NCBI GenBank assembly: GCA_010093995.1
Contig: ML992512.1
Coordinates: forward strand, 62,001-125,912
DNA: 63,912 bases
Direction: 5' to 3'
Source of the DNA: Elsinoe ampelina
Taxonomy: Eukaryota
This document shows positions 49,222 through 63,239 of the stretch, piece after piece. Each line of letters starts with the position of its first letter. The stretch's first letter is position 1. The position numbers and the translations under genes are program-made. The notes under the pieces are model-generated. The model searched no databases and had not been told where the DNA came from. It worked only from the letters and a program-made list of their open reading frames with translations.

Positions 49222-51599
49222 TCAAGTTACCTGCTGGACCAGATCAGGGAGACCATTTTGGAGCGAACCGACCCAGTCAACTCCAGTGTCTTGCATTCCG
49301 TGCGTATCGATCCGTTGCAACCCTGAAGCTTGCGAAACATCGTCCATTGCGTTCATACCCGACATTGAGAATTCGGTCTCGTCCCATAAGTAAGGCAGTG
49401 GAGGAAACGCCATGCTGATGCCATCGGGCGAGGGGTTCTCCATGTTGACATTCAGAGGCTGACTGGAGCTCAGCGTATCCAGCTGAGGCCAGACCTGGGG
49501 CGGGTGTTCTTGCTCTCCAGTCCGACCAGGTCCAAGGCTGCCTGCGCGACTGCGTATGAGCTTCTCAGAGTATACTGGACGGCCCACATCTACTTCATCC
49601 GTCGCTACAGCTCCGCCGTCTCGGGTGGAATCGAGAGACTGCTTGGCATCTAGTAATCGTTTGCTGAGCCGAGAAGCCAGCGTCTCTGTCAAGACCGAGT
49701 TGCGATCTCGAACACTCCAGCGTGAACTTATTTCGGCTAAAGCATCAGAGATGGTCCAGAAGGCCGTTCGGGGTGGCCCCGATGTCGATGCAGCATTGGC
49801 GAGTAGCATACGACCTGCCACGAAGAGACAGAACGATAACTGTGGATTCGTAATGCCGCTGCTTTGATGCAAGAATTTCTGAGCAATTGTGCCGATCTCG
49901 CTGGCCGCAGTAACGCATGTCTCGGCAGAGCTCGAGGAAAGAGAAGCAATCGCAGAGGCTCGTAGCGCCGGTGGAGGAAATGCTGCGCATTGGTGCAGCT
50001 GAATGACAGCTGTGTTATGTGTGATATGCGCCAATGTTAAATTGGGGTCCATGATGCCGTCAGCGTTCAGGACGGATGCATTGCGCCACTTTTCTGGCAG
50101 GAACATTCTCCATCTAGACAGATGTCAGTCGAAAGACTCATTAGCTTAGACATGGCCGGTATGAAGACTGACCTAAGCAGTCTGAGATCCAGCTCCTTGA
50201 AGCGAAGGAGCCACAGATGGGTTTCCTGCTGGTTTTGAAATTTGATAGGATGCTGTAATAGGAAATTGGTTACCAGGTTCAGTGTCTCTGTTGCCTCGAT
50301 GCAGAAAGCGAAGCCACCAAGTGCGTCGACTTCCTGTTCATCAGCTGTCAAGCGCTCGCTATTCGGACTTGACGTCTGATCGGCTAGCTCCATCTTTGTC
50401 GCAACTCCGAAGAATGGTGTTCTGACGGCGTTCCCTGCTTCCCAGATAGCACCTTCGCAGGGTAGCCTTCGCTGTACGTCTGAGCCAGAGATACTGTTGT
50501 TCCAGCCTGTCGCAACAGTGCAGAATCTGTCCATCACGAAAACAACCCAGAATAACCTACGACGCTGTTCTTCTTCGGTCCAAGATTCGGCATGTTGTAG
50601 AAAAGTCATACGCCTCATGAGATAGTCGTGCATATTGGCATTTTCGCTTTGCTGAGAGGGTTCTGCGTTCAAGCGTAATTGCTCCACCGTGCGAGCCATT
50701 GTGCTTACGACGCTCCAGGCCGATGGACCTCTACCGCTTCCGATGATGTCGAACGCTATGATGACCATTGCTTGCAAGTTCTCGACGGAGAAGCGATTCA
50801 TACTCCGCAGCATGACGGCGTGTCGGTACCGTAGACTGAGCCTTTCACTATCTTTGACCGATATCGTGTCCGGACGAGCAAACCGCAAAGATAGACTTGT
50901 GATTGCCAGAAGAACCGTACTGAGCCTCTCTCGTCCGTCTGGCTGCTCAAGATCCTTGCGGAAATGACGCACGTGCAGGATAGGTATCCATCGGTGTATG
51001 TTAGCGAAGTACCACTCGACCAGAGTGTCAACTTGGTCATTGGCAGGGAGTCTGGGGTTGAGATCATCGAGCTCATCCGCGTGGAGATCGGAGTGTAGTT
51101 GAGTATTGGTGTCCGTATAATGATCATCGGTCCTGGACGGCTGTTCCCCTTCACGCACGGTGTCTAGCGTGTTTGGATTTGCCCTTGAAGCTTGCAAGTA
51201 GCTCTCTTTCAGCAACTCAGCTTCTCGAGGCAGACAGGAGACACCATTATTTGGCCCCCTGGCGGTATCGTTGGTAAGATCCAGACCCAACACTGATTTC
51301 AACAGTAGTCCCTGTCCAAGAAACATCTGCTCTAGATTCGCAAGACGATTTGTGAGTGTTTCAATGGCCCCCATCTTGATTCCAGGTCGACGGCGATCAT
51401 CGTAGAGACAATCGATACCAAGTTTTTCGCATTGCGAGCATGGCGTATCCTTGGAGCATTTCGACTTCCGTTTCCTGCAATTCTGACAAGCTGTCATTTC
51501 CTCTTCGCCTTCGTTCCCATGCTGATCACCGTCACCGACTGTGGAAGTTAATTTGACACGTTTGCGCGGATGCGCTTCAGCGCCACTCGTTCGTCCCAT
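49222..51599 (-). CDS. Zn(II)2Cys6 transcription factor with fungal-specific middle homology region
   Basis: CQNCRKRKSKC..PCSQC...C; YF..IH.WIPILH and RRRLFWVVFVMDR. Intron 50172..50114. The 3' end may have a further small exon. Confidence 0.92.
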
Positions 51600-51754
51600 G
51601 CTGTCACCAGAGAACGATGAGATGTATGGGTTGATGTGGACACTGGATATATCGGCGTCAACTCATGCTGCTGTGGTGATCGTGGTCGGCGTGTGAAGCC
51701 AACAGAGCAAGAACGAGGGGAGAATGTCAAAATTTGGGGACCGGTTTGGGTCGC

Positions 51755-51871
51755 CTGGGGTTTGGCCACCCCCGCTGTCCGGGGCTTTGTGGGGGCGAGA
51801 TTAACGAGATTGGCCCACAAATGTTGGCATGCGGGGGTTGGTTGGTCGAAGTCTCCACGGAAGTACTTCCG
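51755..51871. promoter_or_regulatory. Cluster of six CreA/Mig1 consensus sites (SYGGRG) plus palindrome CGGAAGTACTTCCG in the TF promoter
   Basis: CTGGGG 51755, CCCCGC 51770, CCGGGG 51779, GTGGGG 51789, GCGGGG 51831, CTCCAC 51853; CGG-N8-CCG at 51858-51871. Confidence 0.55.
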
Positions 51872-52165
51872 GCGCAGTCTGACCTGATAACCAAGTCTCA
51901 TTCAGAGCAGTGTCTGATACAAACCATCTGCGACAAACGGCAACGAGGACTGGTATGGAGCTTCGAGTTGATCACAGTCGGGATTGCTACACGAGATGGT
52001 GCACAATTGCTACACACGACTGGATGACCTAAAGTCATTCGATCATGAAGACTGGTATATCCAGGTCTTGAAGGCATTGACATTGCACTTCAGAGCTGAC
52101 CGCGGGTGATAGTGCAATAGCGGAGCGGTACTCTATCTAGCCTGGCTATCTTTTGAGGTCCACAC

Positions 52166-53484
52166 TCATGGCTGGGAGCTGTTCAACGCGCGATAAGGCC
52201 ACAATAGATCTCCCCAGGACGGTAGATCGCCATTTGTGAAGCGTCTCTCCAAAGGGGCTTTCCTGAACGCCTCTTCCAGGCACGGACTGTTCAACCCCAT
52301 CTTCTGCACGTACGGATAATATAGCATGTTCCACACCGGACGTGAGAGTCCCCGGCGGATATCAGAGATGACCGACCATGGCCCGTTGACGAGTACTGCT
52401 TCACATCGGAAGTAGGATGGGTCGTATTTGACGGTGTAGTTGAGGTTGTAGCACGCCGCATACTCGGCCCCCTTCAGTAGGATGTTGTCCTCGTAAGAGT
52501 AGAGGTCGCCTCCTTGGGACTGCACTGTGCGAGCAGCGGTAGATGCCCATGCAAGAGCACTTTGAGCGTGAGCTAAGAGTATGTCAGGACGTAACACAAT
52601 ACTCGGATGGTGCAGGTAGTGGTACACTGATCCCGACCTGCTTCAGCTCCTTGCCCTGTCTCTGCATCTACATTTCCATGAATACCTGCACACAAGTCGT
52701 TCTGATATAGATTGAGGGCATAGTTATACATCGTGATATCATCCAGATAGACTGCGAAGCTGAGTAACGCCGAGATACTTGCCATGCCGTAGTTCGCCTG
52801 TCCATTTATGATCGATTGACGAGCAAAGAGCCAGTAAAGCTGGATAGAGAAACCACTGCCTCCCTGCCACTGAGCGCCGGCTTCAGTCCAATTGCCTTCC
52901 CAGCGCATAATCTCTGCCGCATTGACAAACAGTTGACCATCTAGACCAACGAGTAGGCTCCGATCGGTGCCGATGATGTTCGTAAGATTGGTACCCCATG
53001 CGTCCAAGATCGATGTAGCCCGCAGCCAATGATTTTGCTTCTTTGTAATGTACCACATCAAAGCATTCTGCCATGCCGCTCGAGAGTCGTTCGCAAAGGT
53101 GGTGAAGTTGCTGACCAGTCCACGTGAGATTACTGACTCGGGTCCTTGCATACTGTAGTTTGACTGGGAGTACGAGTCTGCGCTGAAAGCTACGTACGCC
53201 GAAGCCCACGGCTCGCAGCCATTGACGACACCCTCCCGAATTCTTTCCAGATCCTCGTGGGTGTGCCAGATACCGGGATGAATGAATTCGCTTGTCCTGC
53301 GCTTGCCGAAAGCGATATCCTGGAGTCGAACAGTCGGGATTGGTCCATTCAAGCCTGGCACATCACCAATGAGCGCGGCAGCTGCAGTAATGACGAGAGT
53401 CCAGCTCAACAAGGTCTGTGACAATAGCTCAATACGTTATCCAATCGCTCCTGTGTTGTTCGCTTCATTACCTACCTGAGCCAT
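52166..53484 (-). CDS. Secreted alginate-lyase/chondroitinase (alpha/alpha)-toroid protein (PF05426-like), copy A
   Basis: Introns 53475..53416 and 52625..52573. Signal peptide; FIHPGIWH, ILDAW, NAAEIMR, EAGRDQSH, DLYSY and EYAACYN. Confidence 0.85.
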
Positions 53485-53934
53485 TGGCGCTGGTGATGGA
53501 GGACAAGAGCTAGCCGATAGTGACGCGACGTTCGAGTCCGCATCATGACTTACTGGTTAGAACAACAGTGTCGAGGCCGCGAATCCAATGGCATGGTTTT
53601 GTACAAGCGGTGCATTCATCGGACCGGCCCCCGGTGAGTGTGGCGGGCCAAGGAGAGACGCAACTCCCTTTCATCTCGCTTCGACGTCAGGGTCTGTGCG
53701 TCCCTTGGTCCTCGACAGCACGCCCGAAGTCTCGGACGAAACGTTCAGATGAGCTTTTGTGGAAAAGTCGATCGCTTTCGGAGCACGTCCGACGACTGAA
53801 TAGCAACGTTCTGACTGTTCTAGAGGCTCCACAGAGTCAGGGACAAACCTAGCCTCGAAAACCATGTAGGTCATAAGAACTGCCTCAAGTCCAGCCAACC
53901 TCCTTTCCCCAGACCAGCAAGTTCAATCGCATCC

Positions 53935-55171
53935 ATGTTGCTCAAATATCTCTATTTCGCGTGCGGTGTGGCTGGCTTCATCCATCCTGGAGCACTGCAC
54001 ACTGCTCAAGACCTGAAGCGCGTCAGGACTCACGTCCACGCTGGCAAAGAGCCTTGGGCTACAGCGTTCAAGTTGCTCACACAAAGCAAACATGCTCAGC
54101 CTGATTGGGTACCCTCCCCAGTCAGGACGCTTGTCCGCGGTTCGAGGGCTAATTACACCGACAATTTTGAACAGGCGTTCAGAGATACCGCAGCGGCATA
54201 CCAACTATCCCTTCGATGGCATATCACACGCAATGACACGTACGCGGACGCCGCTGTCGGAATCTTGAACGCTTGGAGCTCGACTCTCAAGGAAATCCAA
54301 GGGACTAGCGATCTGTACCTGGCTGCCGGCTTGTATGGGTACCAGTTCGCCAATGCCGGCGAACTCATGCGCTCTTACAACGGGTGGAGTGCTGATGAGC
54401 AGGCTGCTCTGGGCACCATGCTGACTGACATCTTCGCCAACCGGAGTCGATCTTTTCTTGACGACCACAATAACAACCCGGATATCTACCACTACTACGC
54501 GAATTGGGACCAGTGCAACATTGCTAACCTGATGGCCGTTGGAATCTTCACCGACAATCAGACCATGTACGATCATGCCGTAGACTATCTCTTGACCGGG
54601 CCGTCAAATGGCGCATTCCCGGTCTTCGGGGTCGCTAATTACACCGAGGAGGGCTCCTGCAAAACGCTGACCCAAGGTCAAGAAGCGGGTAGAGATCAAG
54701 CTCACTCGCTGCTGGATATGACGCTTCTCGGCGTGATCGCTCAACAGGGCTACAACCAGGGTGACGACCTATTCGCGTCTTACGGCAACATGGTGCTAAA
54801 CGGGTGAGGATCGACTTTCTCCACCACTTGGCACACTTCTGCAGGAATGCTGACATTGAGATCGCAGGGCTGAGTACGCCGCAAAGTACAATGTCAACCA
54901 GACAGTGCCATACACTCTGTACGAGAGCTATGAAGGCAATCAGACAGTCATCTCCCCAAAGTATAGGGGAGACATACGAGCTGGATTCGAATTGCTTGCT
55001 GCGCATTACGGTGTCGTGAAGGGCCTCAACGCGTCCTGGAGCGAGTCATACCGGGACTATGTCAATCGTAACACCAAGCTGGGCGTGGAGGGCGGTGGTG
55101 GCGATTACTCCAACAAATCTGGAGGATACGACGCCTTGGGCCATGGGACACTCATGTACCGACTGCGTTGA
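53935..55171 (+). CDS. Secreted alginate-lyase/chondroitinase (alpha/alpha)-toroid protein (PF05426-like), copy B
   Basis: Intron 54804..54867. Signal peptide; FIHPGALH, ILNAW, ANAGELMR, ANWD, QEAGRDQAH, EYAAKYN and GGYDALGHGTL. Confidence 0.88.
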
Positions 55172-55827
55172 GGTCGAGACCTAGCAGCAGACTGTCAACG
55201 TGAGAGCGATTGGGTTCTCATTGAACTGCCTCGGGAGATTTGTATATATCATTTGTGCTCGCAGTCGGACAATCAGTGGACAAAGTCACGTAGCCCCTCA
55301 TCTAGTGAGAATGCAAAATGCCCTCATTCAAATTTTGACCGGTTTGACATGGCTGACACGTGCTCACCAATCGTCGGGACCGGTTGGTTCAACCAAGGAT
55401 TGCATTTGGCCCCGAATTGACAGCGGTTTGCCCGAATCGCAGGCCTTCGTTTGCCGAATCTCTCCGTGGACTTGTCGCCGTTTGATTCGTCCAGAGCCGA
55501 CCCTTGCACATGCAAATGCCCCACATCCGGCGCCGGCCCATGATTGCATCTTTGAAATCTGGAAGCTTGCTCATCATTGACGACAATCGAGCGGAAGACG
55601 TTCGACTCTGTCGGCTGCGTTCTATACATGTCCAACACACTCGCTGACCTCTCCTACGACCTTCGAGCACAATTCCTCCCCCTTCGGCATCCAATACTCG
55701 ACCATTGGCTCCGCCGTTGAAAAAAATAGAACCAGCCACCTCCGACGCTCCATCACTCCCCACCAAGCTCTTCCACCCATCCACCACCCTCACCACCTCC
55801 CCCCTCGACAACAACACCACCACCACC

Positions 55828-56547
55828 ATGGCACCAGCCCTCACGAACGGCACCCACCCCTCCTCTCCCCCCTCCCACCCCTCCTTCTCCCCCATCCCCA
55901 CCGCCATCACCGCCTACAGCCGGGGCGACTTCATCATCGTCCTCGACTCCCCCTCGCGCGAGAACGAAGGCGACCTCATCATCCTCGCCTCGGCCCTGAC
56001 CCCCGCCAAATGCGCCTTCCTCATCCACCACTCCTCGGGATACCTCTGCGCGCCCATGCCGTCCTCGCGGGCCGACGCGCTCGACCTGCCCCCCATGCTG
56101 CCCGAGACGGCCAACGCGGACCCGAACCGCACGGCGTACACCATCACCGTCGATGCCGCCGAGGGGGTCACGACGGGGATATCGGCGAGGGACCGCGCGC
56201 TGACGTGTAGGTTGTTGGCGGACGGGCGGACGACGAAGGAGATGTTGCGGCGCCCTGGGCATGTGGTGCCGTTGAGGGCGAAGAGGGGCGGGGTCAGGGA
56301 GAGGCAGGGACATACGGAGGCGGCGGTGGAGTTTGCGCGGTTGGCGGGGTTGGGCGAGGAGGAGCAGGTCGGGGTTATTGCGGAGTTGGTGGAGGGGGGA
56401 GAGGAGGTGGGTGGGACGGCGGAGAGGAGCGGCGAGGGCATGATGAGGAGGGATGAGTGTTTGGCGTTCGGGAAGAGGTTTGGGATTCCCGTGGTGACGA
56501 TTGAGGATTTGGTGAGGTATTTGGAGGAGACGGAGGGGAAGGAGTAG
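55828..56547 (+). CDS. RIB3: 3,4-dihydroxy-2-butanone 4-phosphate synthase (riboflavin biosynthesis)
   Basis: VLDSPSRENEGDLI, SSGYLC, TAYTITVD, TTGISARDR, RPGHVVPL and RQGHTEAAV. Confidence 0.96.
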   Translation: MAPALTNGTHPSSPPSHPSFSPIPTAITAYSRGDFIIVLDSPSRENEGDLIILASALTPAKCAFLIHHSSGYLCAPMPSSRADALDLPPMLPETANADPNRTAYTITVDAAEGVTTGISARDRALTCRLLADGRTTKEMLRRPGHVVPLRAKRGGVRERQGHTEAAVEFARLAGLGEEEQVGVIAELVEGGEEVGGTAERSGEGMMRRDECLAFGKRFGIPVVTIEDLVRYLEETEGKE

Positions 56548-56734
56548 AGCAGGGGGAGCAAATGGTCAGGGAAGGGAGGGGGATAGATTGTTCATTGTAC
56601 AATACCCGTCGAACTGTCCCGGAGGAGAGGGGAAAAGTCCGTATATATCAATGCCCCGAAGGCGTGCCATTCATCGCATTGCAAATGGATCTATTGGACA
56701 TTGCCTGCCCACCTCCTCCCCTTCTCCCTTTCCC

Positions 56735-58597
<1,863 letters not shown>

Positions 58598-58983
58598 TCA
58601 GCGCTCCGATTAGCGGGAGGAAGCAGCACAGGCTAGCTGAGATGGCAACAAAGTACGAAGAAAGGCAATTGTATCATTGTTCCATGGATGTGTTGACTCA
58701 CGGAGTTCTGATTACACCGAGGCTGGGATAGTCCAGATGGAGGACCTCAACGTCAGCCACACGATTGTGCGATGCTCAGACCGGCGTGCGAATAATGCGA
58801 CTGTGGTCTCTGGAGGCACGAGATGGACAAAAATGATGGATGGTTCGGAGATCTCGTTCATTCTGTCAAACAGCGTGATGTTCAGCTGCTATCATCACAT
58901 CCATACCTAAGGTTACACGAATCCTTACATCACCACGTCAATGTCATCTCATCCTCCTCGGTCACCGCCCGGGTAGTGTCCAA

Positions 58984-60722
58984 TCACTTCCAATTACCCT
59001 GACTCAACGACAACAGCCCCTGCACACAATCCAGCTCCTCCTCCTCGGAGACACTGTTGCTCTTCCGCTCCCTCCCAGCACCCATAAAGTGCGCAATCTC
59101 ATCATCCTCTTCCGGGTCGGACGACGTCGCGGCCTGCTCTTCAATACCATCAAGCACACGATGAAGTGTCTTGCCAGGTGTGATGGTCGAAAGTCGTCTA
59201 CTGCCTTGTGTCGTCTCGCTGTCGACTGGAGACTCTGCGCCGTCGTACCTTCCGAGCGAACGCTCAGGCGACCAGTTCTCCTTGTCCGAATCTGTAGCGA
59301 CCATCTGGATTCCAAGACCAGACTGAGCCTTCTTCAGCTTCTTAGGCGAGGTTCCGGACTTTGACCGGCCCAGGAAACTTGGGGACTGCTTGTTCTGCAT
59401 GGACTGGGACCTTTGCAGCAATGGGGTCCTCCTCGACCTCTTCGATGCCGGGTTCTCTCCATGGGGGAAGCTGCGCTTGCCGGTCAGGACACCGAGGATA
59501 TTTCTACCACTCGTTGACCTCAGTCGGCCAATGGCATCTGCAGCAGATCCGCTGGTTTCTTCATGAGCCTTCTCTTCGAGCTGGGATCTAGCATCCTTGT
59601 CTGCCCAGAACTCCCAAGCTCGAGAGTCTCGTGACCTTCCGCTGGCTTTGTGTGCCAGCGCTGGCCGTGGCAGGCTCGGTGTCGACTCTCTCGCATCGGT
59701 ACCTGCAGACATGGCTTCGGTATTTTCAGCTCGAGGCGGGTCCATTGGTGCTGGCATTGGTGATGGCCTCTTCCGAGGCGGCGAAGGGGATGAATCATTC
59801 TTGGTAACGATTCTCGCTGCACCATCAGCAGTCAACGACAGGCGGACGTTGGAGGGCTTCCGTTCAAGCTGTCGTGGACGGGGAGGTGGGTTGGAAGGCG
59901 AGACTTGTATCGCCGGAAGCGAAGGTGACTCTTCGACGGTACCCTGGCTTGAACGGAATTGACCACTCCGTCGGTCGGCAAGGTATCCTGAGGAAGGGTA
60001 GTTCCCTTCTTGAGACGACAGCGGAGTCTGCGATGACTTTTCTAAGCTTTGAAACCTCGGCAGGGAGCTGGTCAGACTGGATCCTGACCCTTCGATACGG
60101 CTCTGCGTTCTCCCCTCCTGGTTCGGTGTAGACATGAATGATGCTGGCCTGGGTGATCCATCAAAACTTCCCCGCTCTTCATCACCCCTCAGCAGGAGTT
60201 TGCTTTGCTCTGTTGACAGCGGACCTCCACCTTGTGACGATCGCATGCTCTGGTATTGGGCGATCTCATGTGGCTCTAGTGGTCTCGACTTTCTTCGAGA
60301 TGCCTGTCGTCTGTTCTGAAACCAGATCTGGACGCGTTGTTAGTAACGCGTAGAATGGTATAAGTGATCAGTGAGCATACCTGTACTTCTTTTTCCCCAA
60401 GGGCAACACGTCGGACAATGTCCATACGCGCTGCCTTGTCTGGCTTCGGGTTCTTGTCATACTCGGCCTCTAATATGAGCTGGTCCTCAGGGCTGCGATA
60501 CAGTGAGCTTCCTCCGAGACTACAGTGTCGAAAGCATGCTCACCTGGTCCGCCGCCGTTTCTGGCGAGCGAGAGGCTTGTTGTCGACATTGGGAGGTAGA
60601 TTGTTCGTCAAAGAGTCCGAAGAGTGTACTATAAAGGCAATGTTCGTATGTGATGAGTTGGGAGAGTCACGGTGATGAGCAGTCCGGCTCTCATCTTGAT
60701 GAAGCTCGTCGAGGGAAGGCAT
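58984..60722 (-). CDS. YOX1: Homeobox transcription factor, Yox1/Yhp1-like
   Basis: Introns 60543..60493 and 60380..60328. ARQKRRRTS..ILEAEY.KNPKPDK..EKEVQIWFQNRRQ; C-terminal DCVQGLLSLSQGNW. Confidence 0.8.
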
Positions 60723-60859
60723 TATTTGGCTACGAGCTCGAATGCCTCAATGGGAGCAAAAGATCCATCAAGGAGCGTGAGGTGGTCTGAAGTGAGGTTG
60801 CGGGCTGCAGGCTAAGATATGCATATGCAGGAGGACTTGGACTTGTGTCGTGGTGGCCC

Positions 60860-60865
60860 ACGCGT
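60860..60865. promoter_or_regulatory. MCB element upstream of the YOX1-like gene
   Basis: ACGCGT inside the palindrome ccacgcgtgg, about 140 bp from the ATG, with a second ACGCG 14 bp away. Confidence 0.4.
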
Positions 60866-61430
60866 GGTCTCTGACGCGCCGGCGCACGGATATCAAATCC
60901 GCTCAAAATCCAAGGTCATCCGGCACGACTTGCTCGTGATTGGGCGACGACGGGTCGATACAGTGCCTGTTAGATTATTGTATGGATGTGAAAGCGTCGT
61001 GACAATCGAAAGGAATGACAATCAGATTAATTATCATTCAGATTACATTGTGACCGCGAAGGGGTCGGGGTTCTCATGTCTCCACCTTGTGCTTCGGCTG
61101 CTTCCGAATCTTGTCGCGCTAAATCGCGTAGCACGTGACCTGACTTCGCGACTGTCCTATCCTCAAAATTCCTCCATTCTGCTTGCTCCTCGTTGAAATC
61201 ATAATTCGTCGACCGATATTGGCGGTCTCTTGTGATCAACCTAGTATCGTCTCTGCATCGATTGGGCCGGGGTTTGCGACTCCAGGGTCCAAGGTGGATA
61301 GAGGACTCGGCTTGGGACGCTTCTCGGGCATCTACATAGGATGAGCGAACTCCCTTACAGCAAATGCTTGCTAGGGTAATGTCTAGGTCTTGATATGAAA
61401 GCGTGTGCCGCGGACCAATTGCATCGCTCA

Positions 61431-63029
61431 TCAGTCGACTTCACTGACCTTGATGGCCTTCCTCTCGACCAGCCTGACCCACCTCCGCCGCCTCCACTCT
61501 CCCTTCTTGCCTCTGTTCATGCCCTCCTCCCAGCTTTTATCCTTTTTGCTCTTCTTCTTCCTAGCCTGCCCATACTCTTCGGCATATCCAATGTCGTACA
61601 CCCATCTGCCTCCCTCTCTCTCCACCTCAACACCGGTCACACATCTCTCCTCGACCCAAGCTTCACTCAAAAGATCCAACGTCCATTTTTTGTCCTTCCA
61701 TATCCATCCATGTGGAGGATGTACTTCTTCGAAGAATTGCGTCCCCGTCGGCCAAGCACCACTCAATCTCTGCGGGCAGAGTGGGTCATGAGGACTGGGA
61801 GTGAAAAGCCACGCTTCCCAGTTCTCGTCATCAGCATCGCAGGCACTTTGCGGCTCTTCCGTCGCCTCGCTCGCATCGCTATTATTGCGGTCATGATAAG
61901 GATCTGTCGGGCTTCGCATGGAAAAACTGCTCGATCGATTCTGGCGTCGTTGAAGCTCGAAAACTTCCACCTCTCGAATCTCTGGCGGCTCGTAGAGTGC
62001 GATGTCGTATTCAATCTGCCGACGTACCCACGTTTGGGTAGCGTGCTGCCAATCTTTGAGCGTACGAGATTTTCGTGCTTGATGTATTAGATCCTGTGCT
62101 CGTGGGTGTCCAGCACAAGTCGCGCCCCAACCAGCAAGAACAGCGACCAGACGCCAAGGGACGAGATGTGAGCTTATAAGGGCGACATTCATGAGCACGA
62201 ACACCACCAGAAACACTGACGATGAGAGCTGCTCGTCAGAAAAATTGGTGTATGGCGTAATGACAGCGATCGCCGCGTCATGTACGCGGGAGAAATCCTC
62301 CATGCTGTTCTGCAGGTCACGCATGTTGCGGAAGAAATCTTTGGACATTTCTGGAGCTGGCCGTACTTTTCGTGCCGGGGCTACTGGTGCAGCTGTATAA
62401 GCGTAGGAAGACCATGCCGACTCCATTTCTGTTATGCTGCCAAGATCCGGGCTTGACTGTAATGTGCCTTCTGTAGGGTATGGAGGTGGTGGATGACGAA
62501 CAAGAAAAGAGGGTATCATAACAAAGAAGAAGATAAGCGCGAGCGGCATAGCGGGTATGAGTGCAGGCTCGAGGCAGATTAGGGTGTATGCGGCGAGGAA
62601 AGAGAGTGTATGCGTCGGGGTCTTCCATGTGAACAGTCTTATGAGCTGATTCTGAAAGACGAAGACAATACCTATCCGTGAGTTGAAGCGGCGAAAGTTG
62701 GACGACATCATCGGGAGGGAGAACGAAGGTCGATCAACATATGCTCGTGAACGGCGGTCTTTGACGGATTCCGAGCCATCGTCAGGCGGAATGATCTGTG
62801 CCATGAAGCTGTTGAGCAGTCGCTCTTGTATGCTCCCACTTCGCATATCCTCTTTGACATCCTCGAACTTGCTCTTGATCTTGTCGGCTTGACTTTTGAA
62901 CGACTCGCGCTTGCTGCGCCGGCCATCTTCGTTTTCGGATGTCGCATCACTATCGTCCTGTAGAGGTATGCGCAGGATCGGTATAGGATCATCGCGGTTC
63001 GCGAAGGTCGTCTCCTCCGTGTCGTCCAT
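61431..63029 (-). CDS. PEX29: Pex24/Pex28/Pex29-family peroxin (reticulon-like hairpins plus DysF domain)
   Basis: SLPMMSSNFRRFNSRIG, SKDFFRNMRDLQNSM, EVEVFELQ, PPHGWIW..KWTLD and WRRRRWVR. Confidence 0.82.
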   Translation of the reverse strand: MDDTEETTFANRDDPIPILRIPLQDDSDATSENEDGRRSKRESFKSQADKIKSKFEDVKEDMRSGSIQERLLNSFMAQIIPPDDGSESVKDRRSRAYVDRPSFSLPMMSSNFRRFNSRIGIVFVFQNQLIRLFTWKTPTHTLSFLAAYTLICLEPALIPAMPLALIFFFVMIPSFLVRHPPPPYPTEGTLQSSPDLGSITEMESAWSSYAYTAAPVAPARKVRPAPEMSKDFFRNMRDLQNSMEDFSRVHDAAIAVITPYTNFSDEQLSSSVFLVVFVLMNVALISSHLVPWRLVAVLAGWGATCAGHPRAQDLIHQARKSRTLKDWQHATQTWVRRQIEYDIALYEPPEIREVEVFELQRRQNRSSSFSMRSPTDPYHDRNNSDASEATEEPQSACDADDENWEAWLFTPSPHDPLCPQRLSGAWPTGTQFFEEVHPPHGWIWKDKKWTLDLLSEAWVEERCVTGVEVEREGGRWVYDIGYAEEYGQARKKKSKKDKSWEEGMNRGKKGEWRRRRWVRLVERKAIKVSEVD

Positions 63030-63239
63030 GTTGGCTATGGTTGACGAGCTGCTAGCTGATCCGTCCAGGATCGCTTGACAAATCGTCGTTACATCATCAT
63101 GCCTGATATAGACGTAAAAGGATCGTTGTTGGCTTGTTCCTGCAGAGCAAAGGTGGTGGTTGTGGCTGGGGTAGCCTGGCGATAGGATAAAGCGGCTGTT
63201 GATTTGTGTGGGGGAGGAAAAAGGATTGATTACTGCCTA

